A DNA stretch of 64,000 nt, taken from Trichoplax adhaerens (Eukaryota > Animalia > Placozoa). A program made the translations under genes and the position numbers. The stretch's first letter is position 1. The number at the start of each line of letters is the position of its first letter. The stretch covers positions 4,574,844-4,638,843 of the forward strand of contig NW_002060949.1 of the NCBI RefSeq assembly GCF_000150275.1, read 5' to 3'. The notes under the pieces were generated by a model, which was given only the letters and a program-made list of their open reading frames with translations, was not told the origin of the DNA and ran no database searches. This document shows positions 25,419 through 37,504 of the stretch, piece by piece.

Positions 25419-28354
25419 TTAGTTACTGTATGCTCCAGAATTTCTGGCAGCTTCGATTGAAAAAAAAAGATCTCGACGAAGTCTAGATACAATAGAAGGG
25501 ATTTGTTTTTTGCCTCGATACATTAAATTATTAGATTGAGATTCTTTTTGAGCAACAAAACAACACACTCTTGTTAACATTCTCAATAAATCCATGTGTT
25601 GGTGATATTGTTCAAAGACTTCAACAACAGCCTGGATGAACCAAGAACCTGCACTATTTCGCCAGGCAAAATAACCGGGGGCCGTAGCATATGCAAGTAA
25701 GAAATCGCCCTCAGATGGAAGAGTACTACCAACAAAATCAGTCACGTCTTCTTCCTCCGTTTCCTTACTAAGCGTAGAATCAGGTACATCTGCACCTGAA
25801 TCAAAATTTTGACCACGACACGCCTGTATAAGTTTGTAAAATGGTATTCGTTAAGATAGCGGTATATGAGTGTTATGTAATACAATCATTTTAAACAAGA
25901 GGAGGTATTTTCAATGCAATCTATCATTACAGTAACGACATGAATATATAATTATAACGATGGAGTTATATCTATTACAGTAAAAACCTGAATAAAAAAT
26001 ATTTTTGGTTTTCCTGCAAGGGATCTACATTTATCTCCACGAAATTTTGCAAACATCTCTTCTAGATTTACTTTACCATCCTTTCCATAGATGAAATCGT
26101 GTTCCCCGTGACTAAGAAATGCACATGCGAAGCTATCGTAATTTCGATGATCTTTTTTGCTATAATCACTTAATTTAGCTACAATTTTTTGAACTGTAAA
26201 GTTATCGCATCTATCCACGATATAATTTAGTCTTTTAAAAAGACTCTCGAGTTTATCAGCATCAACCGCACTTCCATCTCTAGCGTTCATCCCTGTCTGT
26301 TGTGAAAATTTTCTAAAATTTTTACAACGAAAACGATATTAGTACCCATTTAACTAATGATACATTTTATTAGTATACGTCTAATAAAAATGTAGGTACA
26401 GTATAATAGATGCATTAGGTGCTCTATAGTGTACATTTAAATTGGGATCGAAAGTGAAATATCAAAATAGTAAAATTTAATTTGTTTAATACGAAGCTTA
26501 CTCCTGATTGAATATCACCATGTATCCATGAGGTTTCTTACTCATTTCATAGATTAAATTGTCCGTTTTTAAAGTATATTTTGCAGTAATTGGTACTTTC
26601 TTGATATCGAGAGGCGGATAAATGGAATCGATCTCTTCACCAACTACATGTATCAAGCAATATTAATGAACGCTTATTAAGGATCCTTCTGAAATCGATT
26701 AAATACCTACAATGTTTACTCATATTGTATATACTCTCATTTTAGACTTATTTATAATTCATTAGCATAAAATATAATAAAACAAAATGCAATTTTACAA
26801 ACCTGTAACGGACTGTACATCAACATCTATTTCTTTAGGTAACAGGAGCAGTGTTAACGGTATAAATATGTGACATACATATATACATGATTAGAATGAC
26901 AATGATAAAGTTATTGTAATTATTGTTAAATTTTAGATCGATACTGATAAAATTTAAAATTTAATGAGCTATGAAAACATAAAAATTAGTTATTATATAA
27001 AGATATGAAATTGCTACCAGGTTGTTTTTCGCTAGTTGGCTCTATAATATATTGAATTGAAAACAAAAGCTATGTGTTAATATAAAGTCGAAATATCCTT
27101 GCAAGTATGTACGCGTACATGAAAGACTAAGTAAATGCTTTATCAGACTTTGCCATAATACGAGTATATGTATACAGGGTAAAGAAAATATTAATCAAGC
27201 AACTGTTTTGCTTGAAATACTGCACTTAAAACAGTATATAAAGATTCTTTCATTAAACACTTGAGAAACTATGATTTAATCAACCCTGGCCTGATAGCGG
27301 TGATAACTAGCAAAATCACTTGGACTAGCATTAGATGGTAAGTGTAACCTAAATAAACTGTGCTCCGTCAATTACTGTACTGTACTGTACTGTACATTAC
27401 TGAACGTGCCTGTAGTGGATCGATTTCCCTGTGACCGTAAATGAGCGGATAATTCAGGATTGATATCAGCCAGAGCATCGCAAAATTTTCCGAAAGCTTG
27501 ACTTCCACATGTTTTAATTTGCGTCAACAGTTCATCCACTTTTCTATGAATACAAAATTGCAGAATTATTACGCTGTACTCTAAAGTTGATTGTATTAGA
27601 ACTCCAATCAGACTACCAAGACTTCAATGCTCATCAACTTCGATGAGTTCAATTTACAGCATTTTTCAAGATTGCTTTATACCATCAATTATATTACCAT
27701 ACGTTTACCGAGTAGTGATATCCTCATTTGGCTAACTACTGCACCTTGTACTAGAGTACGTTTGCACGATTGCATTTTGCTGTGTTGGTAAAATACGTAG
27801 ACAAACAAGCAGATTTTAGTTCAGTCTTTGATTGTGATCCGTATACAAAATGCTCCATGCGTGATTATTTATCTCCCACTCCACTATTATTTACCATGTT
27901 CATCTTTATTTCAGATATTTTAATGCAAATGTATATCAAAGTTATCGCTGTGTTCTAAAACATGTTTTATGTCTATGTCATACAGTCAGTATACAGTTGC
28001 AGTACAGTTTTATGTTAGTATAAAACGCTCTATTTGTGCGTTAGCTTTAATTCCATTTTTCCTTTTTTTTATACCTGAAATAAGTATCAACACGTTGTAC
28101 TCTTTTGATGATACGAATGGTAACTTGTTCTACAACATGCACCTTGCGCGAATAGTTAAAATAGAATCGACATACCGAAAGTGAGATCTTTGATTTCGAA
28201 GCGCGATTATAGAGTAATCATCCAAGACTTTATTGGCAAATAACCTATCACATAATTGTTCAACTTGCTCTGATGACAAGTTGTTTTGGATGTTGATTAA
28301 GTTCTCTCGCAGCACATCTCGATGTTCTTGCGACATTCCAATAACTTTCGCCAT
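25419..28354 (-). CDS. Caspase B: CARD-like death-fold plus caspase-3/7-like catalytic domain, convergent with caspase A
   Basis: Exons approximately 28354-28176, 27543-~27410, 27041-27018, 26834-26804, 26643-26502, 26311-25988 and 25823-25419. Translation includes MAKVIGMSQEHRDVLRENL...KVDELLTQIKTCGSQAFGKFCDAL, EEIDS, HGYMVIFNQ, LSHG, FFIQ|ACRG, AWRN.AGSWF and KKQIP. Confidence 0.92.
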
Positions 28355-29880
28355 TTTTACTTTCAGTTCTGCCCGTTTGAGATTTTTAATGTCTGGCTTC
28401 TTTTGCCTTTTGCCGCGATAGATGTCAAATGTGAAAAGTTAAGCAGAAAAGATAGCAAATTGCTAAGGTTTAGTATGGTACCGTACGGTTTATATAGGCC
28501 ATACTACTGGACTACACTACTGTTAGTAATTCATGAATCAGGATACTCTATAGTATTATTATTAGACTGATAATATAATTATAGTAAGAGACTATAATGC
28601 CCCAATGCAATTCTACGCAATACTATACTGTTATTAAAACGTACCATATGTGGCATACTGTAGTGAAAAGGACAAGTAAAACTAGAATATCGTAGCATTT
28701 ACAATCGGTTAAATGATGGACTTAGCAAAATATTGCTAAAAATTGGATCTTAACCATCACGATGGGCTACTGGAAATTACTACCAGTAATTAACCCTTTT
28801 ATTTTCGAATGGTTCATGGCCTAACTCATACTTTCTAGCCTAGGGCTCTTGCTTCATGATTTAGCTATTTCTTATAGTGGTCTTTCAACATTCTGCATCA
28901 CCTGCAGTGCCAAACTACAGCTTGTATATTAATAGCTAGGCTGATTACTAATTAGATATAAATTATTACTAGCCATTTTGCTGGCTGTTTCCTCTGTCTT
29001 TACAGCTAGTGATTTGGTCATCTTGTAAGGTACAGCCTATCACTCACACAATATCCTCTTACATCTTCTGATTGCATGATATAAGCATTGATAATATAAT
29101 TAACTAATGAGTAGACCCTAATATCAACAAATGGATATCATTACTTAATGTACATAGGCATGACCTGATAGAATAAGAATAATTAGAAGGCTTTCTCTGA
29201 TCTTATTTTCCATCTGCAATTTCACCCATACTCCTCTCTTCTAACTGTAACTGCAGAGTGTTATTTTACTTGCGTTTAGATTACTATTTTGTTGTTTTGT
29301 AGAAATTTACCAGAAATGTTATCAAGGTAAAAGTGCACCGAAATATTAGTCGAGATACTGATACATACTAAACACATTCTACAGCACGTGTATAGCACTG
29401 TAATATCGAAAATAAAGTTAGGTAAATGGCTGGCTAATCAGGGACTGCAGCACTCCGCCCCAAAATTAGTGTAAACATGAAAACTCCTCTCCCCCGTACA
29501 AAATTTCTTCATATTGTAGTGGATTATATGTAAGTCCACATACCATAAATCGCTCCGATCTGTGTTCTACTAGATGAAAAGGTTACTTTTAATGTAGAGT
29601 ATGTGTAAAATAGTGTTGATTCCATGAAGAAACCAAAGTGTAAAGTAGAGTAGAATATTTGCAATAATTAGAATGTCAATAAAACATGACAACCTGCAGG
29701 ACAGCAGTATGATGATGGAACAAGGAGAAACTTGCTGCCAGTTACAGTACAAGCTACACTAGCAGCTACCCAGACATGTGACAGCTACATATAGTACTGT
29801 ACTGTATTGCACTCGGCTCCTCTTCCTTCCAGTAGTCCCTCTAAATACTTAGCAGATTATGGCCTATCTCCTGTAAGGTC

Positions 29881-31224
29881 ATGGACTACTCGGTTTCAGC
29901 TTCAAACATGGAAATAGGTACGAGAATAGCAACTATGCTGTTAGTTCATTGTAGATTATTATAAACTGTAGATTGGCAGGTAGAGCACAAGAAATCAAGA
30001 GAGATCTTATCACAGGGATCTATGCGTTAGTCGATGTCACTAGCTTCAAAATTGAACATATATATTAATTCAAATTTTATACTCTGTCTTCAACTCTACT
30101 ACTGCATTTATAGAAATTATTATTATAATATTAATACGTATCCAATTTCGAAATCGTCTTTGATTGATGTTATTGAAGATCATTTTGGGGCATTTCAAAT
30201 TAAAGTATTCAATTCTGTAAATTACTATTGCATTTCTAGTTGATCCTGAAAGTGGCGGTGGTGCCATATCACTATATTATGATGATCTTCATTCTGCGCC
30301 GATAAGAGGCCCTATCCTGAGTGAACAATATTTGTATAAGATGGGAAACAAGCCGCATGGCTATGCTTTGATTATCAATAATAGGTTAATGATCTACGGT
30401 GATACGTTAGGTGTCGTATTTTTTGTATTTATAAACTATCAATCATTAACCGTATACAATTTTATCTCTTTATCTTGTTAATAACTAGAAAATTCATTGG
30501 GATGCCTGAACGTAAAGGTAGCGATAAAGATGCTGAAGGTATGCAAACTCTATTGGTAAAACTAGGCTACAAAGTAGCAATGGGCAACAATTTGAGTGCA
30601 GCTCAAATGAAAGATGTATTACAACGATGGGCCGCCAGGGATCATAGTACTTGTGATAGCTTCGTATGCGTGTTATTAAGCCATGGCGAGCAAGGTAAAA
30701 TATTTGGCACTGATACCGACGTGGATATCGAAGAATTACTTGGACTGTTTAGAGGTAATCGTTGCGCTTCACTGGCTGGAAAGCCAAAGTTATTTTTTAT
30801 TCAAGCTTGTCGTGGTACAAACTTTGATGAAGCTGTCGACAACGTTGACGGCGTTCCTAATGAATCAGCACTAAATGCAGAAGGTTATGAGGATGAAGTT
30901 GATGCTAAAACTCGACAAACATTACCATCTGAAGCAGATTTTTTAATTGCCTATTCGGTTGTTCCAGGTTATTATTCTTGGAGAAATTCTACAAATGGCT
31001 CTTGGTTTATGCAAGCAGTTATTGACATTTTTACTAAATATTATAAGCAACTGGATCTTATAACAATGTTAACTATTGTTAATAATTCAGTTGCAACGGT
31101 CGAATCTTCAACAAGTGATCCGAGATTCAATAATAAAAAGCAGATCCCTAGCTGTGTTAACATGCTACGTAAGCTAGTCTACTTTAATTCAGAAGCAGTC
31201 AAAAATCACGGTATTTTTGGTTAA
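29881..31224 (+). CDS. Caspase C: near-identical duplicate of the caspase A catalytic exons, without CARD exons
   Basis: Exons 29881-29917 (MDYSVSASNMEI, in-frame ATG from flanking DNA), 30240-30384 and 30489-31224. Frame is open, splice sites are intact, and SHG/QACRG are intact. The start codon is inferred. Confidence 0.8.
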
Positions 31225-33240
31225 GTACAAACTGTTAACCTAGAGAATAACTATAGAAGATTGTGATTCTATACTTTTATTCGATGTACTACATTTACAC
31301 GAATCCTTGACTAGTACTGTAGAACTATAACCTTAAAACAGTATCCCTTTTTACTAGCAGTATCTGTGATTATAATCGGAAATTTTTATCTATTGTTATG
31401 TAATCTTTGTAATGCGTTAGACTAACATTTTCTATTAAGCTTTTAATATCTATCTTCAACGTAAATATTGGAATTATGTTTGTAAGTTCATTTCATGGTT
31501 GTACTGAAAAGAAATGTTTTTATGCAGCGGTAATCTAAACTACTGTTTATTTGGCTTACATCTATAAACCCGGCTGATGACTTATAGATAGTTCCTCACT
31601 TACCCATTTCTGATGAAACCGTTTTAATAAAGTATACCTCCATGGCGAGGTATACGCGTACAGTAGTTGGACAATATACGAATATACGTTAAGCATAATA
31701 TTAGATATTGAACCCGGTATATTAACTTTAATAATTTTTAACAACTTCCTAAACTTAAACGTTTAAACCTCCTTATCGTTAATCATTAGAATGTTGTCAT
31801 TAAGTAATTCCTATTGGAATTCCAAAATCGTTCAATAATTGCAGTAATTATGCCAATTATTTAGACTATCGACTAATAAAGTTTTACAAATCTAATTTTA
31901 AATTCATTATTAGTTTTCTAGATACATTGAAGCTATCAATTCTGTAGACTATGTTTCTATAGTTCAGTTGAAGATACTCTTTCTCTTTTAACTTACATGT
32001 CTAAATCTTTGGTTAGGTGTCTATAATCTTTGCAGTTTATTACTAATTTATATGAGTTAAAAGATCGTGTAATAAAGTATGAACTATGGATTATAATAAT
32101 TATTGAGATTTGTCAACTAATAAAGCCTACTGTTAGGCATAAACGCAGTGCATTGATTGTTATTATTCTAGCTCGTCGACGTAAACGTACATTCTGAGTG
32201 TGTCCATTTTTGTTTCAGATACTTGTATATGGGAATTATTGCTATATTCTATAACATGTTTTATATATACGCTCGTACAGTTGCAGTAGAGTTTACGTTG
32301 GCATAAAATACTATATTTGTGCGTTAGCTTTAGTTCTATTTTTTCCATTTTTTATAGTTGAAACAAATATGAACACGTAGTACTCTTTCGATCACACGAA
32401 CGATAACTTGTTCTACAACATGCACCTTGCATGAATAGGTAAAAATACAATCAATATACCGAAAGTGAATTTGTGAGTTCGAAGCGAGCTTATAGAGTGT
32501 TGATCCAAGACTATCGGAAAATAGCACGTCGAATAATTGCTCAAGTTAGTCTACTGACAAGTTCTTTTGGATGTTGACTAAGTTTCTTGCAGTACGACTT
32601 GATGCTCTTTCGACATTCCAATAATTTTCGCCATCTTTACAGTTAGTTCAGCCCGTTTGAGATTTAATGTCTAGGTTCTTCTTTTGCTACGTTGGAATTC
32701 GAATGTGGAAAGTTAAGTACGATACAAATGTTAGCGAATAAAGTCGAAATAGGAACCGTAAGATCATAACGAAAAGCGCTTAAAATTTGACAGTGCTCAG
32801 ATCAGTTTCATTAACAAATACTGATACAGGCTAATCACGATTTTTGTAATACTGTTTTCCAGTCGACTCTAGTATACCTACGGTATGATAGTTCATTCAT
32901 TATCTTACAACGTGGATGCTATTGCTGTGCATCGTATGTACTCATTCATGCGTACAGCATAACATCAACGAATAGATATCATTACTTAATGTGCATAGGC
33001 ATGACCTGATAGAATAGGAATAATTAGAAGGCTTTCTCTAATCTTATTTTCCATCTTCAATTTCACCCATAATACTACCTTCTAACTGTAATCGTAAAAC
33101 GTTGTCTTACTATTTTGCTGTGTTGTAGAAATTTACTAGAAATCATTATCAAGGCAAAAGTGTACCAATATATTAGTGGAGATACTGATCCATACTAAAT
33201 AGATTGTATAATACTATAATATGGAAAATAAAGTTACGTA
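29901..33240. repeat. Segmental duplicate of ~22467-29420 with a large internal deletion
   Basis: 29901-32196 matches 22467-24748 almost exactly. 32200-32720 matches ~27895-28450, and ~32960-33240 matches ~29120-29420, both more loosely. Confidence 0.9.
32458..32634 (-). pseudogene. Dead copy of caspase B exon 1 (CARD N-terminal half)
   Basis: Reads MAKIIGMSKEHQVVLQET*, against MAKVIGMSQEHRDVLRENL in caspase B. It has a frameshift and stops, keeps the CACTTTCG|GTAT donor, and lacks all downstream exons. Confidence 0.88.
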
Positions 33241-33703
33241 CGTGTACGTAGATTGTACTTTGGTACTCCAATGTTGGCTACAAAATTTCAAGTAAATTAC
33301 TTTAATGGATTGTACTAAATTTTTCAATTAATCATTGGTCAACAGACCAATGCATTTCTACGAATTATTTCATTATCCATAAACAATTGCATTAAGCAAT
33401 AATCTTTCTAACAGAGACGTCTTATAAATGCGTTAAATCTTTTATTTCAATTCTGTTTGGGAGTATGAACATCTCCAATGATTAATAACAGGTCATAACA
33501 TTCAGCCTGTTCTGGTCTAGTTGTAAAAATTAAACTATGCCAACATCCGCATTCACCTGGGTAATACCTTACACAGCAGCAAAGAGAGTAGCACGTAAGG
33601 GTTGCGGACGATAACGAATCGCAGAATGTTTGCATGTACAGTATGTCGTCGGTTAATTGAAAATATCTCATAAGTAAAATATGTAGCCGCCTTTGGTGTA
33701 TTC

Positions 33704-36700
33704 TTAATTTGAAATGTATTCTTTATTAATACTTCTTCCGATCAATAGACGTCTGATTTCGCTAGTACCAGCACCAATTTCATAAAGCTTAGCATCTCGC
33801 AAAATGCGACCAGTTGGATAATCGTTAATATAACCATTCCCACCTATAGCGCAATTGCAGATCGAGAATTTTAACACGACAATCTATTTTAAAATAGCTC
33901 TCTTGACTCATTTACTTATTTTATTAGCTTACCAAGAAGTTGTAGAGCATCAAGTGCAACTTTAGTAGCGGCTTCGGCACAATACAGAATCACACCAGCA
34001 CAATCCTGCAACGAGATACAAATAAGATCTTAAAAGTCACATCGAGAACAATATTACAGAAATAGAAAAGAATATAAAAGTAGAGCAGGTTATTAGGGAA
34101 ATGAAGTTATCTTAAGAAGCATACCCTGCTGACGATTCGACCTGCATCACAAGCTCTGGCAACGTTGTATAAATAACTTCTACAGGAATTAAGTTTTACG
34201 TACATGTCCGCCATCTTTGCTTGTATTAGCTGCGGGAGATTAGAAGCACGAGCAGTTTGAGATCCGATATTATATATATACAATAACTCTACAGTCACTC
34301 ATTAGATCGTGATATTGACCAGTGCTGATTAAATAAATGAATCCTATACAGAGCTTTATATAGGATCGTTTTATTTTTGATCTTCTGTGAACTTTACGTA
34401 AGGTCTAAATCTATTTCAAATAATCAACAGTACTTTATACTAAAGATTATCATCTATTAATTTAATAAATCACGAAGTCACCTTTACCACAGTAATAAAA
34501 TGCATTATCACGTATTAGTATAGTAAGTAGCATAATATAGTAGTACAGTATAACGTTAAGCTTTTTTATTACCTGAAATTGAGCTATTTTTGTATTAAAT
34601 TGTTCACGCTGATGAACATAAGGATAGGCAACATCAACTGCAGCCTGCATCAAACCTACAGGTCCAGCAGCAAGGACCAAACGTTCTAAATCCAATCCAC
34701 TCATTAATACGTAAACTCCTGTCAAAATGATAGTACAAAATGGATTTTAGACATTCGTCAAAACTTAGCTTTTGACTATATCGCAATTCAATCATTATAA
34801 TTCATTGCAGTTTACCTTTTCCAGATCCTCCCATAATTTGCGATTCATGTACTTTACAGTCTTCAAATATTAGTTCGCAAGTATTTGAACCTCTCATTCC
34901 CAACTTATCTAACTTTGGGGCTGTTGAAAATCCTGGCATATTCTATAACATCAATTTGTGTTATTATAATAGTACAATATGTACAACACAACGCAAAATA
35001 ACAAAAAATTTATCAAGGATACAAGATCCCATACACTACTGAGAATTTATACTTTTTCTATGAGAAAAGTGGTTATTCCGCGCTGTTTTGCGGATGGATC
35101 GGTTTTAGCATAAACCACCAATACGTCAGCATCCGGCCCGTTGGTAATCCAGAATTTACTTCCGTTTAGGATATAATAATCCCCTATTGGATGAATGTAC
35201 AAGTTATGTTCACAAATCTTTCAAACAGAACAGTTTTTAGCAAGTTCGATCGATATTGAAAAACGAATTCTTATATCGGTGCTAAAGCATGGCATTAACG
35301 ATGTTACAGAATGAAGAGAGTTAGTATGTCTCACCCTTTTTTTCTGCTTTCAGACGCATAGAAACAACATCGCTACCCGATCCAGATTCACTCATTGCCA
35401 ACGCTCCAATGTATTCCCCGCTAATGAGCTAGCAATTGTACTGTATGTTATTATTCTTGAGTTTAAACAGATTACTTAATACTCGAAATGTAAATTTTAA
35501 GTGCTTTAAAGTCGTACAACTATACGTAGAAGAGTATAGGGATTTGATCATTTATTTTTTACTTCATGAATTGTTGCGATCGATACCTTAGGGAGATACT
35601 TTGCTTTTTGTTCATCCGTCCCATTCCTCACCACCTGATTAACACATAGATTAGAGTGAGCACCATAGCTAAGTGCAATACTGCCACTGCCACGGCTGAT
35701 TTCTTCCAATGCAATACAATGATGGAGGAAAGTGCCAGCCGTACCACCGAATTCTGCTGGTGCGGTGATACCTAGTAAGCCCATATTGCCAAGCTTTTTC
35801 CAAAATTCTCGAATTTGTGAGAAATTATTGTTGCTATCTATTTCCTGTGCATATGGAGCCAGCTCTTCATTGACAAACTTGCGTATTGCACTTCTTAACT
35901 GTCAACAGCATAGTAATTATTCGGAATCAAAACGAATAAAAGTAGTAATAATTAATATTACCAATTGATTATAATCTCAATACTTTTTTTATTATTATTT
36001 TTTAGGTAACGTTCTTTTATTTGTGTTTAGTCTGAAAGTTGCAATATGTGTAGTCAAGTAGAATTTGAAATGAAATCTTCCAATCAGTAATAGTAATAAT
36101 ACTGTCTTTTATTTGTGCTTAGTTTAAAAGTTGTAGAGTCAAAATGAAGTCAAAATTTGAAATCTTTAAATCATTTCAACCAGCTGTCAGCACATCAATC
36201 AACGTCAACCCATTCAACTGTTTACGATACTGTACGCTACTGTACAGTGTACAGTAGCGTTGCAGGCTTGCTTTCGTAAAACTCTTTGAAACATCGATTT
36301 GAGAATTGGAGGCGGTAGCTTCTTAATTTTAACTTCAACAGGATCTATCCGATGTACGGACCTCCTGTTGCCTTGTCCATAAATACCTAGGTGAGATCAC
36401 ATCGTATCTTCCTCTTGCCAGTCTCAAACGCGATGTCTCAAACAAGTCTTTACATTCACGCTTTACCGAGCTATGCTCAAAGTAGCACCAAGTTGATCCC
36501 GACCTAGTACAAGATCAAATCTGATAGCGATGTATGGAGATTCATAGAGTAATGGTTGAAACTCTTCATTCATATTACTAATAGTAACCAATGCTTGATT
36601 TTTGTTCTTGCGATCAACTATCAGTATTTGTTTGTAAATTCGATTGCAACTGAGGATACGCGTAAGCAAGTATGGCTGCACACTCTACGTACAGTAAACC

Positions 36701-36935
36701 GAGTGTAGCCAGTCTGCACACTATGCCTAGTGCTTCTTCTAAGTACAACGACTATGTCAAAATAGTAGGCCATTCTTTAGTGTTTTACCTCTTTTTCTTC
36801 ATCTTGAAGGCCATAGAGATCATCGTCGACAGGAAACGCGGCAGCACAATACTTCCTATTAGCCACTGTTGGTCTTACGATGCCATGAAGTAATTTCGAG
36901 AAGGTCACTGATCGACGGCCGACGATCGAGGACAT
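33704..36935 (-). CDS. IVD: Isovaleryl-CoA dehydrogenase, mitochondrial (canonical copy), 9 exons
   Basis: Exon 1 is 36935-36789 ([10 protein letters not shown]...[16 protein letters not shown], presequence-like). Motifs are [46 protein letters not shown] (catalytic Glu) and [12 protein letters not shown]. Stop is at 33706-33704. Confidence 0.95.
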
Positions 36936-37504
36936 CTTGACTACCAGCTGGTGTTAAAATAAGAAGTGACGGCTTGCACTGGCTGACTTATCATTGCGAA
37001 ATCCCTAGTGTACACTGTACAGTACAGTGTCCAGTACGTCTGTCTATCCAGATAGTGTAGTGTAGCGCTAGTATACCTGACGTGCTAGTCACTCTGCAAT
37101 ACCGTACACCGAGTGTACAGTGTACAGTACAGTACATGGAGTGAGTACACTGTACTGTACAGTACTGTACTGTACTGTAGGTGTCTGTCGGACTTTGGAA
37201 CTACAGTACAGTACATATAAAAGTCCATGCTGTGATACCAAAATATGGACGAGTTTTAGTAGTCTACAGTATGACCAGACTGCGTTGCAGGAATTTCTTT
37301 CTTGTTCATACGGTACTGTAGTACCTGACCCTGTGACCTCGCATATACTGTACAATGTACATGCGAAGTAGGTTACTGCAGTGGGATTCTCCTGTATCGA
37401 TGTATCCATAGTAAGATACTGTACTACAAGCTTAAACGAGCTGATCAACTTTTACTCACTGGCTAATTATTCAGTAGCTGCAACCAGCGCTAGGAATCGC
37501 CAGG
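36936..37504. promoter_or_regulatory. Probable bidirectional promoter between the two IVD paralogues
   Basis: About 570 bp separates the divergent ATGs. The interval is dense in TACAGTAC/GTACTGTA runs and has a TGACGTG site at ~37078. Confidence 0.6.

Noticed and set aside
35010-35025. U12-type donor GTATCCTT on the minus strand in IVD
   Set aside because: It lies inside an intron whose real donor is the upstream GTATAA, and it does not fit the reading frame.
36290-36690. GC-richer segment and 72-aa ORF nested in IVD intron 1
   Set aside because: No recognisable domain, and the frames are broken by stops.
37089-37448. 119-aa and 83-aa ORFs between the IVD genes
   Set aside because: They are translations of stop-poor CAGTA repeats (TVQYS/CTVLY), not genes. 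The same applies to 19808-19990, 42351-42572 and 55815-56048.
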